Positions 20,612 through 28,815 are shown, counted from the first letter of the stretch. The stretch: DNA of 64,000 bases from Candidatus Dechloromonas phosphoritropha (GCA_016722705.1 JADKGN010000001.1:512744-576743), one strand, 5' to 3'. Program-made: numbers and translations. Notes: generated by a model not told the origin, from the letters alone.

Positions 20612-21460
20612 CTAAATTTCAGCCTGTTCGAGAATGGCCCGGCGCACCGCCGGCAACGCGGCGAACGATCTTGGATAATCAAGTCGGAAAACGATCGGCA
20701 AATTGGCCATCTCCGTCACCTGGTTGAAATGGGCTGACAACGACTCCCGGCCTTCAATATCGAGCAGGAAGGAATTACCCACCAGCCCCATCACGGCTTC
20801 GCCCGGCGTCATCGGCGCAAAGCTTACCTGATCGACATCGCCCGGGCCGAGGAAATACATGCGCCGCAGCATTCGCTCTTCGGAGCAAAACGCCAGCGCT
20901 TCGCCGGAAAGCAACCGCGCCTTGGAAGTGTATTGGACGGCGGGCGCCAGATGCGCGTCGTCGCCCACCAGTTCGTCCCTGCTGTCGTCCCACAGGCGGA
21001 TCGACGGATGACTGGGCTGGACCGCATAGCCACCGGCTTTGGGTTCAAGCAACAGGGCATCGTCGGCCAGGAAGCGGTGACCAGCCAAGGCGAAACTTGC
21101 CGCCAGCGTCGACTTGCCACGCCCCGATTCGCCAAGAAACGCCAGCGCACCCGCTGGAGCCTCGATGGCACTGGCATGAAACACCCGCTTGCCCTGCCGG
21201 CTCAACGCCAGTGGCAGCACCTGATTGAGATAGAGGTGCCTGATGGTCTCTTCGGAGATACCGGGAACTGGCCACGATGACACGACTTGACCATCCGCTG
21301 AAACTTCGAAATCCGCAAGTTCGGGAAAGCGCAGCAAATAGCCTGACCCGGTCCGATAGAAACGCGTCCACAGCGTCCCGTCCGGAAAAATCCACTCGTG
21401 GAAAAAAGCCGACTCAAGCGGCTCCTGCGGGGGAACATCCGCCAGATGAAAGTCGATCAC
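20612..21460 (-). CDS. HprK-related P-loop kinase
   Basis: GESGRGKSTLAASFALAGHRFLADD. GTG start overlaps the methyltransferase stop (GTGA). Confidence 0.8.
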   Translation of the reverse strand: MIDFHLADVPPQEPLESAFFHEWIFPDGTLWTRFYRTGSGYLLRFPELADFEVSADGQVVSSWPVPGISEETIRHLYLNQVLPLALSRQGKRVFHASAIEAPAGALAFLGESGRGKSTLAASFALAGHRFLADDALLLEPKAGGYAVQPSHPSIRLWDDSRDELVGDDAHLAPAVQYTSKARLLSGEALAFCSEERMLRRMYFLGPGDVDQVSFAPMTPGEAVMGLVGNSFLLDIEGRESLSAHFNQVTEMANLPIVFRLDYPRSFAALPAVRRAILEQAEI

Positions 21461-22578
21461 GACTCGGAATCCCTGCCCAGAACCTTGGCGACAAAACGCG
21501 AAATCTCCTCGGGCGAGGGAAAGAGATCGGGATGATCGCGCAAAACGGCGGCTTCGATCTGCGCGACCGTCCGCTGGCCATCGCAGTACACAAGGATCGT
21601 CGCGGTCGCCCTCCCCGTCTGGCCAAGCCGCGGCACGCGCTCGGGGTTAGCCTGCAGCAACTGCTCCGGTGTCAATAACTCGCCTTGCCACGTCGACTGC
21701 GCGAAGCGCCGTCCGGTCGCCGGAAACTCGACGACCCAGGCAATTAGATGATCGGCCGGCCGGGCCATGATTGTTGCCTTCACCCGCTCGCCCGCCTTGA
21801 CCGCAACGGCCTCATCGATGGGCAAGAAGGCCTGGTTGCGCTGGATGGCTGGTTCCGCCAACGGCGAATTGGTCATCCACACCCCTTCGGCCAGCTCACA
21901 CTCGAACCAGCCGCCCAGGCCATGCATCAACCCATCACGCTCGATATGCAGCTCAGCGTTCCACGAGAAGAAATCCGGATGATTCGCATAAAGGTCAATA
22001 TCGCCCAGCACAGCCGGCGCACAAAACACGTCGGTGCGTTCCAGACTGACGGCATGTCTGGTGTTAACCGCATGCTTACGCAGCCAGTGGAAGACTTGAG
22101 GAATGTTTTCTGCCTGCCAGGCGTTGGCCAGTTCGTCGCAGCGCTGCGAACCGACTGCCGCGACGTTCAGCCGAATTCGCGAAGGGATGAGCTTGCCGCC
22201 GGGTTTGAGAAAGCGCTTCCTGGCGTCTTCAAGAAACCCGACGATACCGTAATCGAAGCCGAAATAGCCGACATGATCGCAGATGACCACGTCCACCCGT
22301 TCCGGCAACTCGATCTGGCTCGACTTGCCGCGAATGAAGGTGGCGCGCTCACCCTGCCCGGCCCGCTGCAACGAATCGCGGGCCACGTCGGTCATGGCAC
22401 TATCGTCGATGGCGAAGACATGCCGGGCGCCAGCGTGCAGACACAAGAAGCCCAACACACCGGAACCACAGCCCAAGTCGGCAACGACATCGCCGGCCGC
22501 TAGCAACTTTCCTATGGCTGATTGATAGCGCTCAAGCCTGACTGCATCGGCGACATAGCCTAAGTGCTCTTCCAGCAT
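21457..22578 (-). CDS. Class I SAM methyltransferase, PRMT-like core with C-terminal PqqD-like segment
   Basis: VVADLGCGSGVLG...FAIDDS...VDVVICDHVGYFGFDYG...FLKPGGKLIP. The tail ATILVYCDGQRTVAQIEAAVL resembles PqqD helices. Confidence 0.7.
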   Translation of the reverse strand: MLEEHLGYVADAVRLERYQSAIGKLLAAGDVVADLGCGSGVLGFLCLHAGARHVFAIDDSAMTDVARDSLQRAGQGERATFIRGKSSQIELPERVDVVICDHVGYFGFDYGIVGFLEDARKRFLKPGGKLIPSRIRLNVAAVGSQRCDELANAWQAENIPQVFHWLRKHAVNTRHAVSLERTDVFCAPAVLGDIDLYANHPDFFSWNAELHIERDGLMHGLGGWFECELAEGVWMTNSPLAEPAIQRNQAFLPIDEAVAVKAGERVKATIMARPADHLIAWVVEFPATGRRFAQSTWQGELLTPEQLLQANPERVPRLGQTGRATATILVYCDGQRTVAQIEAAVLRDHPDLFPSPEEISRFVAKVLGRDSES

Positions 22579-22920
22579 AAACCGGTGCTAACTTTTGGGA
22601 TTGGTTGGATTCTGCGTATGACCGTGTATGCCCAGCATCCGGTCACTGAAATTTTCATGCATAGGCCACAGCAAGAGGATATTCAATGAGGGAACACTCC
22701 TCAATAAACACGGCATAGACAGGAATTCAGCACGTAAGGGTCATTATTGTAGGACGCCGATCGCTTGTTGCAAAGTGCTCCATTGACGATACGAGCAGCA
22801 TAATAAGCAGCGAGGCCATCCGTTTCATGTAATGCCTTCTCAGCGTGCCTTGTGCGAAGCGCAAATACTTTCAGCCAATGACACAAAAGCCGAAACTCAA
22901 TCTGCAGTGCAGCTTTTGGG

Positions 22921-23073
22921 TTACGGCTTCCTTCTCTGGGCAGTCATCATTGCCCCTTCGGTACTTGACCCCGCTCCCCCTTGAGTCAAAAAACGCACAT
23001 CGCCATGACGAACGAGCTTTGGCGAGGCGTAAGGTTTTTTCAGTTTTTGCTTTGGGAACGGAAAATCCGTCAT
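22921..23073 (-). CDS. Lasso peptide precursor A2 (50 aa)
   Basis: Hand translation: MTDFPFPKQKLKKPYASPKLVRHGDVRFLTQ/GGAGSSTEGAMMTAQRRKP. Leader fits YxxPxLxxxGxxxxxTx. Core has Gly1 and Glu8. Confidence 0.8.
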   Translation of the reverse strand: MTDFPFPKQKLKKPYASPKLVRHGDVRFLTQGGAGSSTEGAMMTAQRRKP

Positions 23074-23077
23074 ACCG

Positions 23078-23230
23078 TTATGCCTTCCTGGACCTCCACT
23101 TCATACTAGTGGTTTCTGAGGTCCCCTTTGACCCCGATTGAGTCAGACTGCGTACATCACCGTGGCAAACGAGATTGGGTGGGGCGTAAGGCTTTTTAGC
23201 GTCCTTTTTCGGCAAGAACTTGTCGGTCAT
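23078..23230 (-). CDS. Lasso peptide precursor A1 (50 aa)
   Basis: Hand translation: MTDKFLPKKDAKKPYAPPNLVCHGDVRSLTQ/SGSKGTSETTSMKWRSRKA. Same leader motif. Core has Ser1 and Glu8. Confidence 0.8.
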   Translation of the reverse strand: MTDKFLPKKDAKKPYAPPNLVCHGDVRSLTQSGSKGTSETTSMKWRSRKA

Positions 23231-23235
23231 GAATA

Positions 23236-25164
23236 TCACTCACTTTTTGACGGAAAAAACGCGGGATGCACATCGACCCAGCGTGCAAGAACTGCCATTG
23301 TAAACAATTGATACCCATTTTCATACTCCGCGCCCCGTTCATGCACTGCCCACGCCCGAATAAGGCGCTCTCGGTCAACCCACGTGTTCAACCTGCCCGC
23401 GAGATACTCGTGATTCCAAATCTCGGGCCGCGATTCAGCAGTTGCTGAAATCAGTTGTTCATAGGCCTTCCAGCCCGGATGACTGCCCACGTCGCAGCGC
23501 AGGCGAACAGTCTCCGGCAGCACGTCGGCGGTTGCTTCACGCATGAGATTCTTGTACCAGGGCACGCTTAGCTTTGCCGCGACCGGCATCTGGATGGCAA
23601 ACTCGATCATCCGGCGATCGGAAAATGGACTGCGCGGCTCCACCCCGCTGGCGAAGGCGAGTTGTCCATACACTTCATGGGCAAAGGAAAGCAGCCCCGA
23701 CGTAAAGCTCCGCGCATGAGTGGCCTGATCGTTGCCGGGCTTTATTGCCACCTCTCCCTGACACGCCTGGCGATGCTTCTCGGCGAGCCAGGGAATGACT
23801 TTATCGCGCTTCAACAGGGCGAGATCGTCGTGCAGCACCCGCCGCTTTTCGCGGAGTCGCCGATAGATAGTGCGCACGCCGGGCGGCGTGATGGCGGCGA
23901 GTGATCGAATCATTACCGTGCGGGTGCGGTTTTCGAAACCGTGCCTGCCGAAAGCAGTAAAAACATCCGGCAGGCGGCCCAGCATCTTTCCGCGCAGAAT
24001 GGTATCGAGACTGCGGTCAACGCCGTAAAACAGTAAATCTCCGGCCATGCCGTCGAGCACCACGCGACAACCTTGGCTCTGCCCGGCTTCATAGACCATG
24101 GCATAGGTCAGCCCGTGCGATAGCGCGAAGGGTTCATCGATCCTAGCGATATTGTCCAGACTGGCCTTGCCGCCTTCTCCCGCGACTGCCGAAGTGAGAA
24201 CGACCGGGTCGATCCAGCCATCCTTCATCATCTCCTGTATGTGCTGCCAGTCCTTGCAGTTTTCCCGGTCTTCGCGGATCAGTGAGATGGTTTTCAGCGG
24301 CTGTTGCAGGTCGCCGCGAAATTCCTTGCGGATCAGGCCGACGATGGAGGACGAATCGAGCCCGCCGCTAAGCATGGCGCCGACCGGGCCGTTACTGCGC
24401 AGGCGGCATTTCACGGCAACGCGCATTTGATCGAGAAAGGCTTCGGCACACTCTTCCAGCGAGGAGAACTTGTTGACCGGCAGATTGCCCGGCTCCCAAT
24501 AGCGCCAGGTCTTCACCCCTTGCGCGGAAACCTCGATGGCGTGCCCCGCCGGCAGACGGACGATATCCTGATAGAAGGTTCCGATCTGGTCATCGCGGTC
24601 GTATGCCTCGACAAGGTAATCGAGTACGCGCGACTCGTTCAGACGGGCGGCGATCAGGCCGGTGGCCAGCAGGCCCTTGATCTCCGAGGCAAAGCCGAAC
24701 CAGCCCCGGCCGGCGTGATAGTAGAAATGCCGGGTCCCCGCCGCATCGCGCGCGCCGAACAGGCTGCGCCGCCGCTCGTCCCAGATGAAGAAGGCGAATT
24801 CGCCGATGATGCGGTCGGGACATTGCGCCCCCCAAACCTCATAAGCGCGCAACACCAGTTCGGCATCGGTGCGGTCACGCAGGACAGCCCCGCGCCCGAG
24901 CAGCTCGTGCCGGAGATCATCGCCGTTGTCCACCCGCCCATCCATCACCAGCACGATACTTGTATCTTCGTTGGCGAGGGGCTGACATTCGTCCATAGAC
25001 TCGAGCGTCGTACGAAACATGCACTGCCCTAAGGCAACCTGGCCTTTGTGCCAATGGTGAATGCCATCCGGCCCGCGCTGCACCATGGCAGTCGTCATCT
25101 TTTCGATCGAACCAGGTTCAATTGGCGCACCATCGAAGCGGATGATGCCGGCAATGCCGCTCAT
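23236..25164 (-). CDS. Asparagine-synthetase-like lasso cyclase (C protein)
   Basis: AsnB fold with the SGGLDSS PP-loop. N-terminus is MSGIAGI, so the catalytic Cys of true AsnB is replaced by Ser. Confidence 0.8.
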   Translation of the reverse strand: MSGIAGIIRFDGAPIEPGSIEKMTTAMVQRGPDGIHHWHKGQVALGQCMFRTTLESMDECQPLANEDTSIVLVMDGRVDNGDDLRHELLGRGAVLRDRTDAELVLRAYEVWGAQCPDRIIGEFAFFIWDERRRSLFGARDAAGTRHFYYHAGRGWFGFASEIKGLLATGLIAARLNESRVLDYLVEAYDRDDQIGTFYQDIVRLPAGHAIEVSAQGVKTWRYWEPGNLPVNKFSSLEECAEAFLDQMRVAVKCRLRSNGPVGAMLSGGLDSSSIVGLIRKEFRGDLQQPLKTISLIREDRENCKDWQHIQEMMKDGWIDPVVLTSAVAGEGGKASLDNIARIDEPFALSHGLTYAMVYEAGQSQGCRVVLDGMAGDLLFYGVDRSLDTILRGKMLGRLPDVFTAFGRHGFENRTRTVMIRSLAAITPPGVRTIYRRLREKRRVLHDDLALLKRDKVIPWLAEKHRQACQGEVAIKPGNDQATHARSFTSGLLSFAHEVYGQLAFASGVEPRSPFSDRRMIEFAIQMPVAAKLSVPWYKNLMREATADVLPETVRLRCDVGSHPGWKAYEQLISATAESRPEIWNHEYLAGRLNTWVDRERLIRAWAVHERGAEYENGYQLFTMAVLARWVDVHPAFFPSKSE

Positions 25165-25200
25165 GGGAAGCGGCTCGAGGGGCAAACAGGTTCAGTCACG

Positions 25201-25605
25201 TTATCGGGTCGCAATTCTTTTCACCAGTTCCAAATACTGTTCCAGCACGCTGTCCGTAGTCAGTAAATAAGCCGGGAGGGATTGCGCTTGAGCGACGAAC
25301 AGCCGGTCAAACGGGTCGCGGTGATGCCAAGACATTTGCGCAATGGCATAACTGTGACTTGCTGCAACGGGCAATTCGGTAAAGCCGGTTTGTAACGCCA
25401 GTTGGTGGATGTCCTCAGGGAGAAAGTTGAAATAATCGCGCCCCAGAGAGGGCTCGATTGCAATTTCCCACAGGCTGGCGGCGCTGAAATAGACGATGGT
25501 TCGCGGGTCTTGCAGCAGAGATTGAGTCTCCGGCGGCAACACCTCGGGCTTGATGAGCGCTGCCAGCAATACCTTGGTATCGAGCAGCCATTTTTGCCTG
25601 GGCAT
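25201..25605 (-). CDS. vapC: PIN-domain toxin (VapC family)
   Basis: 134 aa ...LLDTKVLL...SLWEIAI...HRDPFDRL. Confidence 0.85.
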   Translation of the reverse strand: MPRQKWLLDTKVLLAALIKPEVLPPETQSLLQDPRTIVYFSAASLWEIAIEPSLGRDYFNFLPEDIHQLALQTGFTELPVAASHSYAIAQMSWHHRDPFDRLFVAQAQSLPAYLLTTDSVLEQYLELVKRIATR

Positions 25606-25607
25606 AT

Positions 25608-25850
25608 TCAGGCGTCTCCTTCAAACATGCGCTGAATGGCTTCATTGTGCAGGCTGGAAAAGTTTTCCGGCAGGTTGAATTTACCCTTTCCCAGACCCAG
25701 TGTGCACGGCTTGATCTCGGTTTCGGCTAACGCAACCAGGCGTGCAACGGGTTCCCCGGAACGGGCGATAACGATTTCTTCGCCAGCCGCGGCTTGATCG
25801 ACAAAACGCGAAAGATGGGTTTTTGCTTCGTGAATGTTGACGGTTTGCAT
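25608..25850 (-). CDS. Phd/YefM-family antitoxin
   Basis: MQTVNIHEAKTHLSRFVDQAAAGEEIVIARSGEPVARLV. Confidence 0.85.
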   Translation of the reverse strand: MQTVNIHEAKTHLSRFVDQAAAGEEIVIARSGEPVARLVALAETEIKPCTLGLGKGKFNLPENFSSLHNEAIQRMFEGDA

Positions 25851-25987
25851 CGACTTCTCCAGCTAACTCGAACATAGGCTTAGTCCAGTCCAGTCCTGTA
25901 TGCAAGGTCTAAAAGGTCGGGCCGGCGCACTGAAGGAAGTACCCATGGGGAAGGAAAGCTGATATTGAAAAATGACCGTGCTCCCGC

Positions 25988-26452
25988 TCATGAGAACTGA
26001 CTCGTCGAAACGGGTTTATCGAAGGTGGCATACCGTATGGCAATGTCAGGCACGTCGTTGATTGGCTGGCCCGCGATCTCCACCCAGGCGTGCGCGGCGA
26101 ACTCACCGTTCTCGCAGCGAACGCCGATGCGCAGATCGCTGGTCGTGCCGTAAAAACGCAGTAGCCAGCGCAGCAACAGCGAACGCGTCAGGCAACTGGT
26201 CGCCCCTAAAACACGGTTCGCCGCACGGTTAACCGCTAGCCCCAGCGCGGCAGCCTCCGCTTGGCTCAACGGCGGGCGCCGGGCAAGTGGGAAGTGATCG
26301 AGCCAAGCCTGGAAACGCTGCAAGCCGGCCAGGCGCAGGCCCAACCAGAAGAGCGGCAGCAACACCAGCGAAGCCAGCAGCACCCATTGCTCGCGTCCGG
26401 AGAGCGCACGGTAGGTGGAGAAATAATGGGTAAAGGTGGGCATCGCGATCAT
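25988..26452 (-). CDS. Lasso peptide B2 protease (transglutaminase-like)
   Basis: ...ATSCLTRSLLLRWLLRFYG...FAAHAWVEIAGQPIND (Cys/His/Asp). Confidence 0.85.
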   Translation of the reverse strand: MIAMPTFTHYFSTYRALSGREQWVLLASLVLLPLFWLGLRLAGLQRFQAWLDHFPLARRPPLSQAEAAALGLAVNRAANRVLGATSCLTRSLLLRWLLRFYGTTSDLRIGVRCENGEFAAHAWVEIAGQPINDVPDIAIRYATFDKPVSTSQFS

Positions 26453-26518
26453 GGCATCGTGAATCCGACTCCGATGTTACCACCACGCCGCTTAAGGAGA
26501 AGCTGATTTATTCCAGAA

Positions 26519-26593
26519 TTGTCATTCCGGCGAATACCCGAACCCAGAAAAATCAACGACCTGGACCCCGGCCTTCGCCGGGGTGACGAACAA
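26519..26593. repeat. 75-bp palindromic MITE/REP-like element
   Basis: Arms TTGTCATTCCGGCGAA ... TTCGCCGGGGTGACGAACAA. It gives the typical spurious ORF MSFRRIPEPRK...PGLRRGDE. Confidence 0.6.
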
Positions 26594-26639
26594 ATCAGCG
26601 TTTCCTTAATGGCTGTCGCTGTGCGCTTGGTGGGTTATC

Positions 26640-27095
26640 TCACCACCACGATAACAACGCGTGAGCAAGATGGATGTCAGCGCGTGCCAGGCATCCACCA
26701 GACGGCAGTGAAGAAGCAGCGTGACAACTAGCTTGACAAACAACGGCGTTGGCATCGTTCAATCCCCAGACGCCTCCATGACGGCAAAGATATGCTAAAA
26801 GAATGTCGATCATGGCGGCCCGTGTGCATCCGGGACGCAGAATATCCCCGTGCAGGTCGATATCGAGCCCGTTCCGGATCAGGCAGGCTTCATGGCTGGC
26901 GACTTCGGGATTGACGACGAGCTTGAATCCAGGCGTTTCCTTGGCGTCGACCGCAGCAAGCCGCGGTTCCGGGGCGATGGGGATGTCGATGTCCGAGGCG
27001 GCTCTCAATGCAGGGTCGGCATAGACGGGTTCTCTGACATAGGCACCCTTGATGACCGCGTAGCGGATGCCTTTTGCCTCGATCGGCGCTGCCAC
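26640..27095 (-). pseudogene. NTP_transf_5 nucleotidyltransferase, central fragment only
   Basis: IRYAVIKG...ASDIDIPI...DIDLHGD...LLAYLCRHGG aligns to the middle of 12049-13263. About 90 N-terminal and about 150 C-terminal residues are absent. Confidence 0.6.
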
Positions 27096-27132
27096 CAGCG
27101 CCAGGCGATGGCGATGGAACGGTCGTCGCTAC

Positions 27133-28815
27133 TCATTGCGTTGCAAGATGCGTCCCTCTCGCAATCGGCTGCGTGTCGTCGGCGATCCCTCCAGCCACCA
27201 TGCGTACGATTCGATCCGCCAGCGCCAGGCTGGCCGGACGATGCGTGATGAGGATCACCGTCCTCTTGCTCAGCGCGTGATGACAGTCTTCGATGAATGA
27301 TCTTTCGCCCTGCGGGTCGAACATTGCCGTGGCTTCATCGAGTATGAGTATTGGCGCATCCTTGAGCAGGGCACGCGCCAGAGCAATGCGCTGACGCTGA
27401 CCGCCCGACAGCTTGACGCCCTGATCGCCAATCATCGTGTCATACCCCTGCGGCAGGCGGCTAATGAAATCGTGCGCCTGGGCCGTTCTGGCAGCCCTCT
27501 CAATCGCTGCATGGTCGGCATCGAAGCGGCCATAGCCAATGTTGTCGCGCACGCTCCCGTTGAACAGCAGCACATGCTGCGGAACAATGCCGATCTGGCT
27601 GCGCAGGCTACGCAGGCTGACGCCCGCAATGTCGATGCCGTCGATCAATATCTGCCCGCCATCCGGCTCGTGAAGTCGCATCAGCAGATGGACGATCGTG
27701 CTTTTCCCGGCACCGTTTTCGCCGGTAAGGGCCACCGTTTCTCCGGCACGAATGTGCAGGTCGATGGCTTGCAGCGCCGGAGCGCGTCCGGGGTAGGCGA
27801 AGGTAACATCACGAAACTCGATTTCGCCGAGCACCGCCGGTAGTACCCGGTCACCGTGAAATATCGGCTCGGGAGATTCGTTGAGGACGCTCTGCAGTCG
27901 TTTCAGGGTCCCGCGCGCCTGTTGCGTCTGGCCGTAAATGCTGGCCAGCGCACTGACCGGGCGCGTCAGGAGCGCGGCGTAGAGCAGGAAGCTGACCAGT
28001 TCCGCCGGCGTCATGCTGCCGTCACCAACCCGCTCGCTCGCCAGCCAAAGGATGAGCAACACCGCGGAAGCGGCAACGAACTGTATGGAAGGCTCGAGCG
28101 CGGCGTGGATTTTATGCTCGGTCATGCTGAGGTGAAAGATACGCAGAATCTGCTTGCGATAGCGTTGTGATTCCTCTGGCTCGCGCGTAAAGGTCTTGAT
28201 CGCCGGCAACATGCCGAGATTTTCCTCGGCGATGCCAACGGCGGCGGCATGTTCCGCCTGCAACTGGCTGGCAAGCGGACGCAACCGGCGCCCGATGATC
28301 TTGAGCAGCAGATAGAACAAGGGAATCAGTACGGCGATCATGACGCCAAGCAGCAGATCGGTACGGAACAGGACGAATACCGCACCGGCCACTGTCAGCA
28401 ACTGCGGAATCATCTGCAACAATGTGCCGGTGATGAAACCGGACAGTTGGGCAGCCTCGAAAGTAAGCATGGCCAGAATGTCGCCCTGGCGCCGTTGATG
28501 ATAGAAAGCGAGCGGCAAGGCCTGCAGGTGATCATAAATACGAACACGCAAATCCGCCAGAATCCGTTCGCTGGTGCTGCCCAACAGATAAGCGTTGGCA
28601 AACTTGAGTAGCGCCTGCACGGCAAAGAGCGCGAGCAGGATCAGTAATATTGGACCGACGTTGGCTTGGCTGCCCGCCAGCAAATCGCCAGCGAAACGAC
28701 CTCCCAGCCAGGGTATGGCCAGCACCGTCGCGGTTTCGATCAGCATCAGGATGCCGGCAAGGGCGAGACTGACTCGATATGGCGCGGCGTAACCCAGGAG
28801 CAAGCGTAAATTCAT
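27133..28815 (-). CDS. ABC exporter, fused permease/ATPase (McjD-like role inferred)
   Basis: Six-TM domain plus GENGAGKST, LSGGQRQR and ILILDEAT. It ends soon after GTH, so it may be 3'-truncated. Confidence 0.85.
   Translation of the reverse strand: MNLRLLLGYAAPYRVSLALAGILMLIETATVLAIPWLGGRFAGDLLAGSQANVGPILLILLALFAVQALLKFANAYLLGSTSERILADLRVRIYDHLQALPLAFYHQRRQGDILAMLTFEAAQLSGFITGTLLQMIPQLLTVAGAVFVLFRTDLLLGVMIAVLIPLFYLLLKIIGRRLRPLASQLQAEHAAAVGIAEENLGMLPAIKTFTREPEESQRYRKQILRIFHLSMTEHKIHAALEPSIQFVAASAVLLILWLASERVGDGSMTPAELVSFLLYAALLTRPVSALASIYGQTQQARGTLKRLQSVLNESPEPIFHGDRVLPAVLGEIEFRDVTFAYPGRAPALQAIDLHIRAGETVALTGENGAGKSTIVHLLMRLHEPDGGQILIDGIDIAGVSLRSLRSQIGIVPQHVLLFNGSVRDNIGYGRFDADHAAIERAARTAQAHDFISRLPQGYDTMIGDQGVKLSGGQRQRIALARALLKDAPILILDEATAMFDPQGERSFIEDCHHALSKRTVILITHRPASLALADRIVRMVAGGIADDTQPIARGTHLATQ

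Noticed and set aside
22701-23141. Track ORFs 22701-22886 (minus, 61 aa) and 22845-23141 (plus, 98 aa) as the genes of the cyclase-methyltransferase gap.
   Set aside because: No motifs were recognised. The plus-strand ORF is antisense to both leader-motif precursor genes, which explain the region better.
23236-25185. The AsnB homolog as a housekeeping glutamine-dependent asparagine synthetase.
   Set aside because: The N-terminal nucleophile Cys is replaced by Ser (MSGIAGI). The gene is flanked by the B2 protease, PqqD and the precursor genes.
26519-26731. 70-aa ORF MSFRRIPEPRKINDLDPGLRRGDE... as a real gene.
   Set aside because: It is the translation of a palindromic repeat element. Such ORFs are a familiar annotation artefact.
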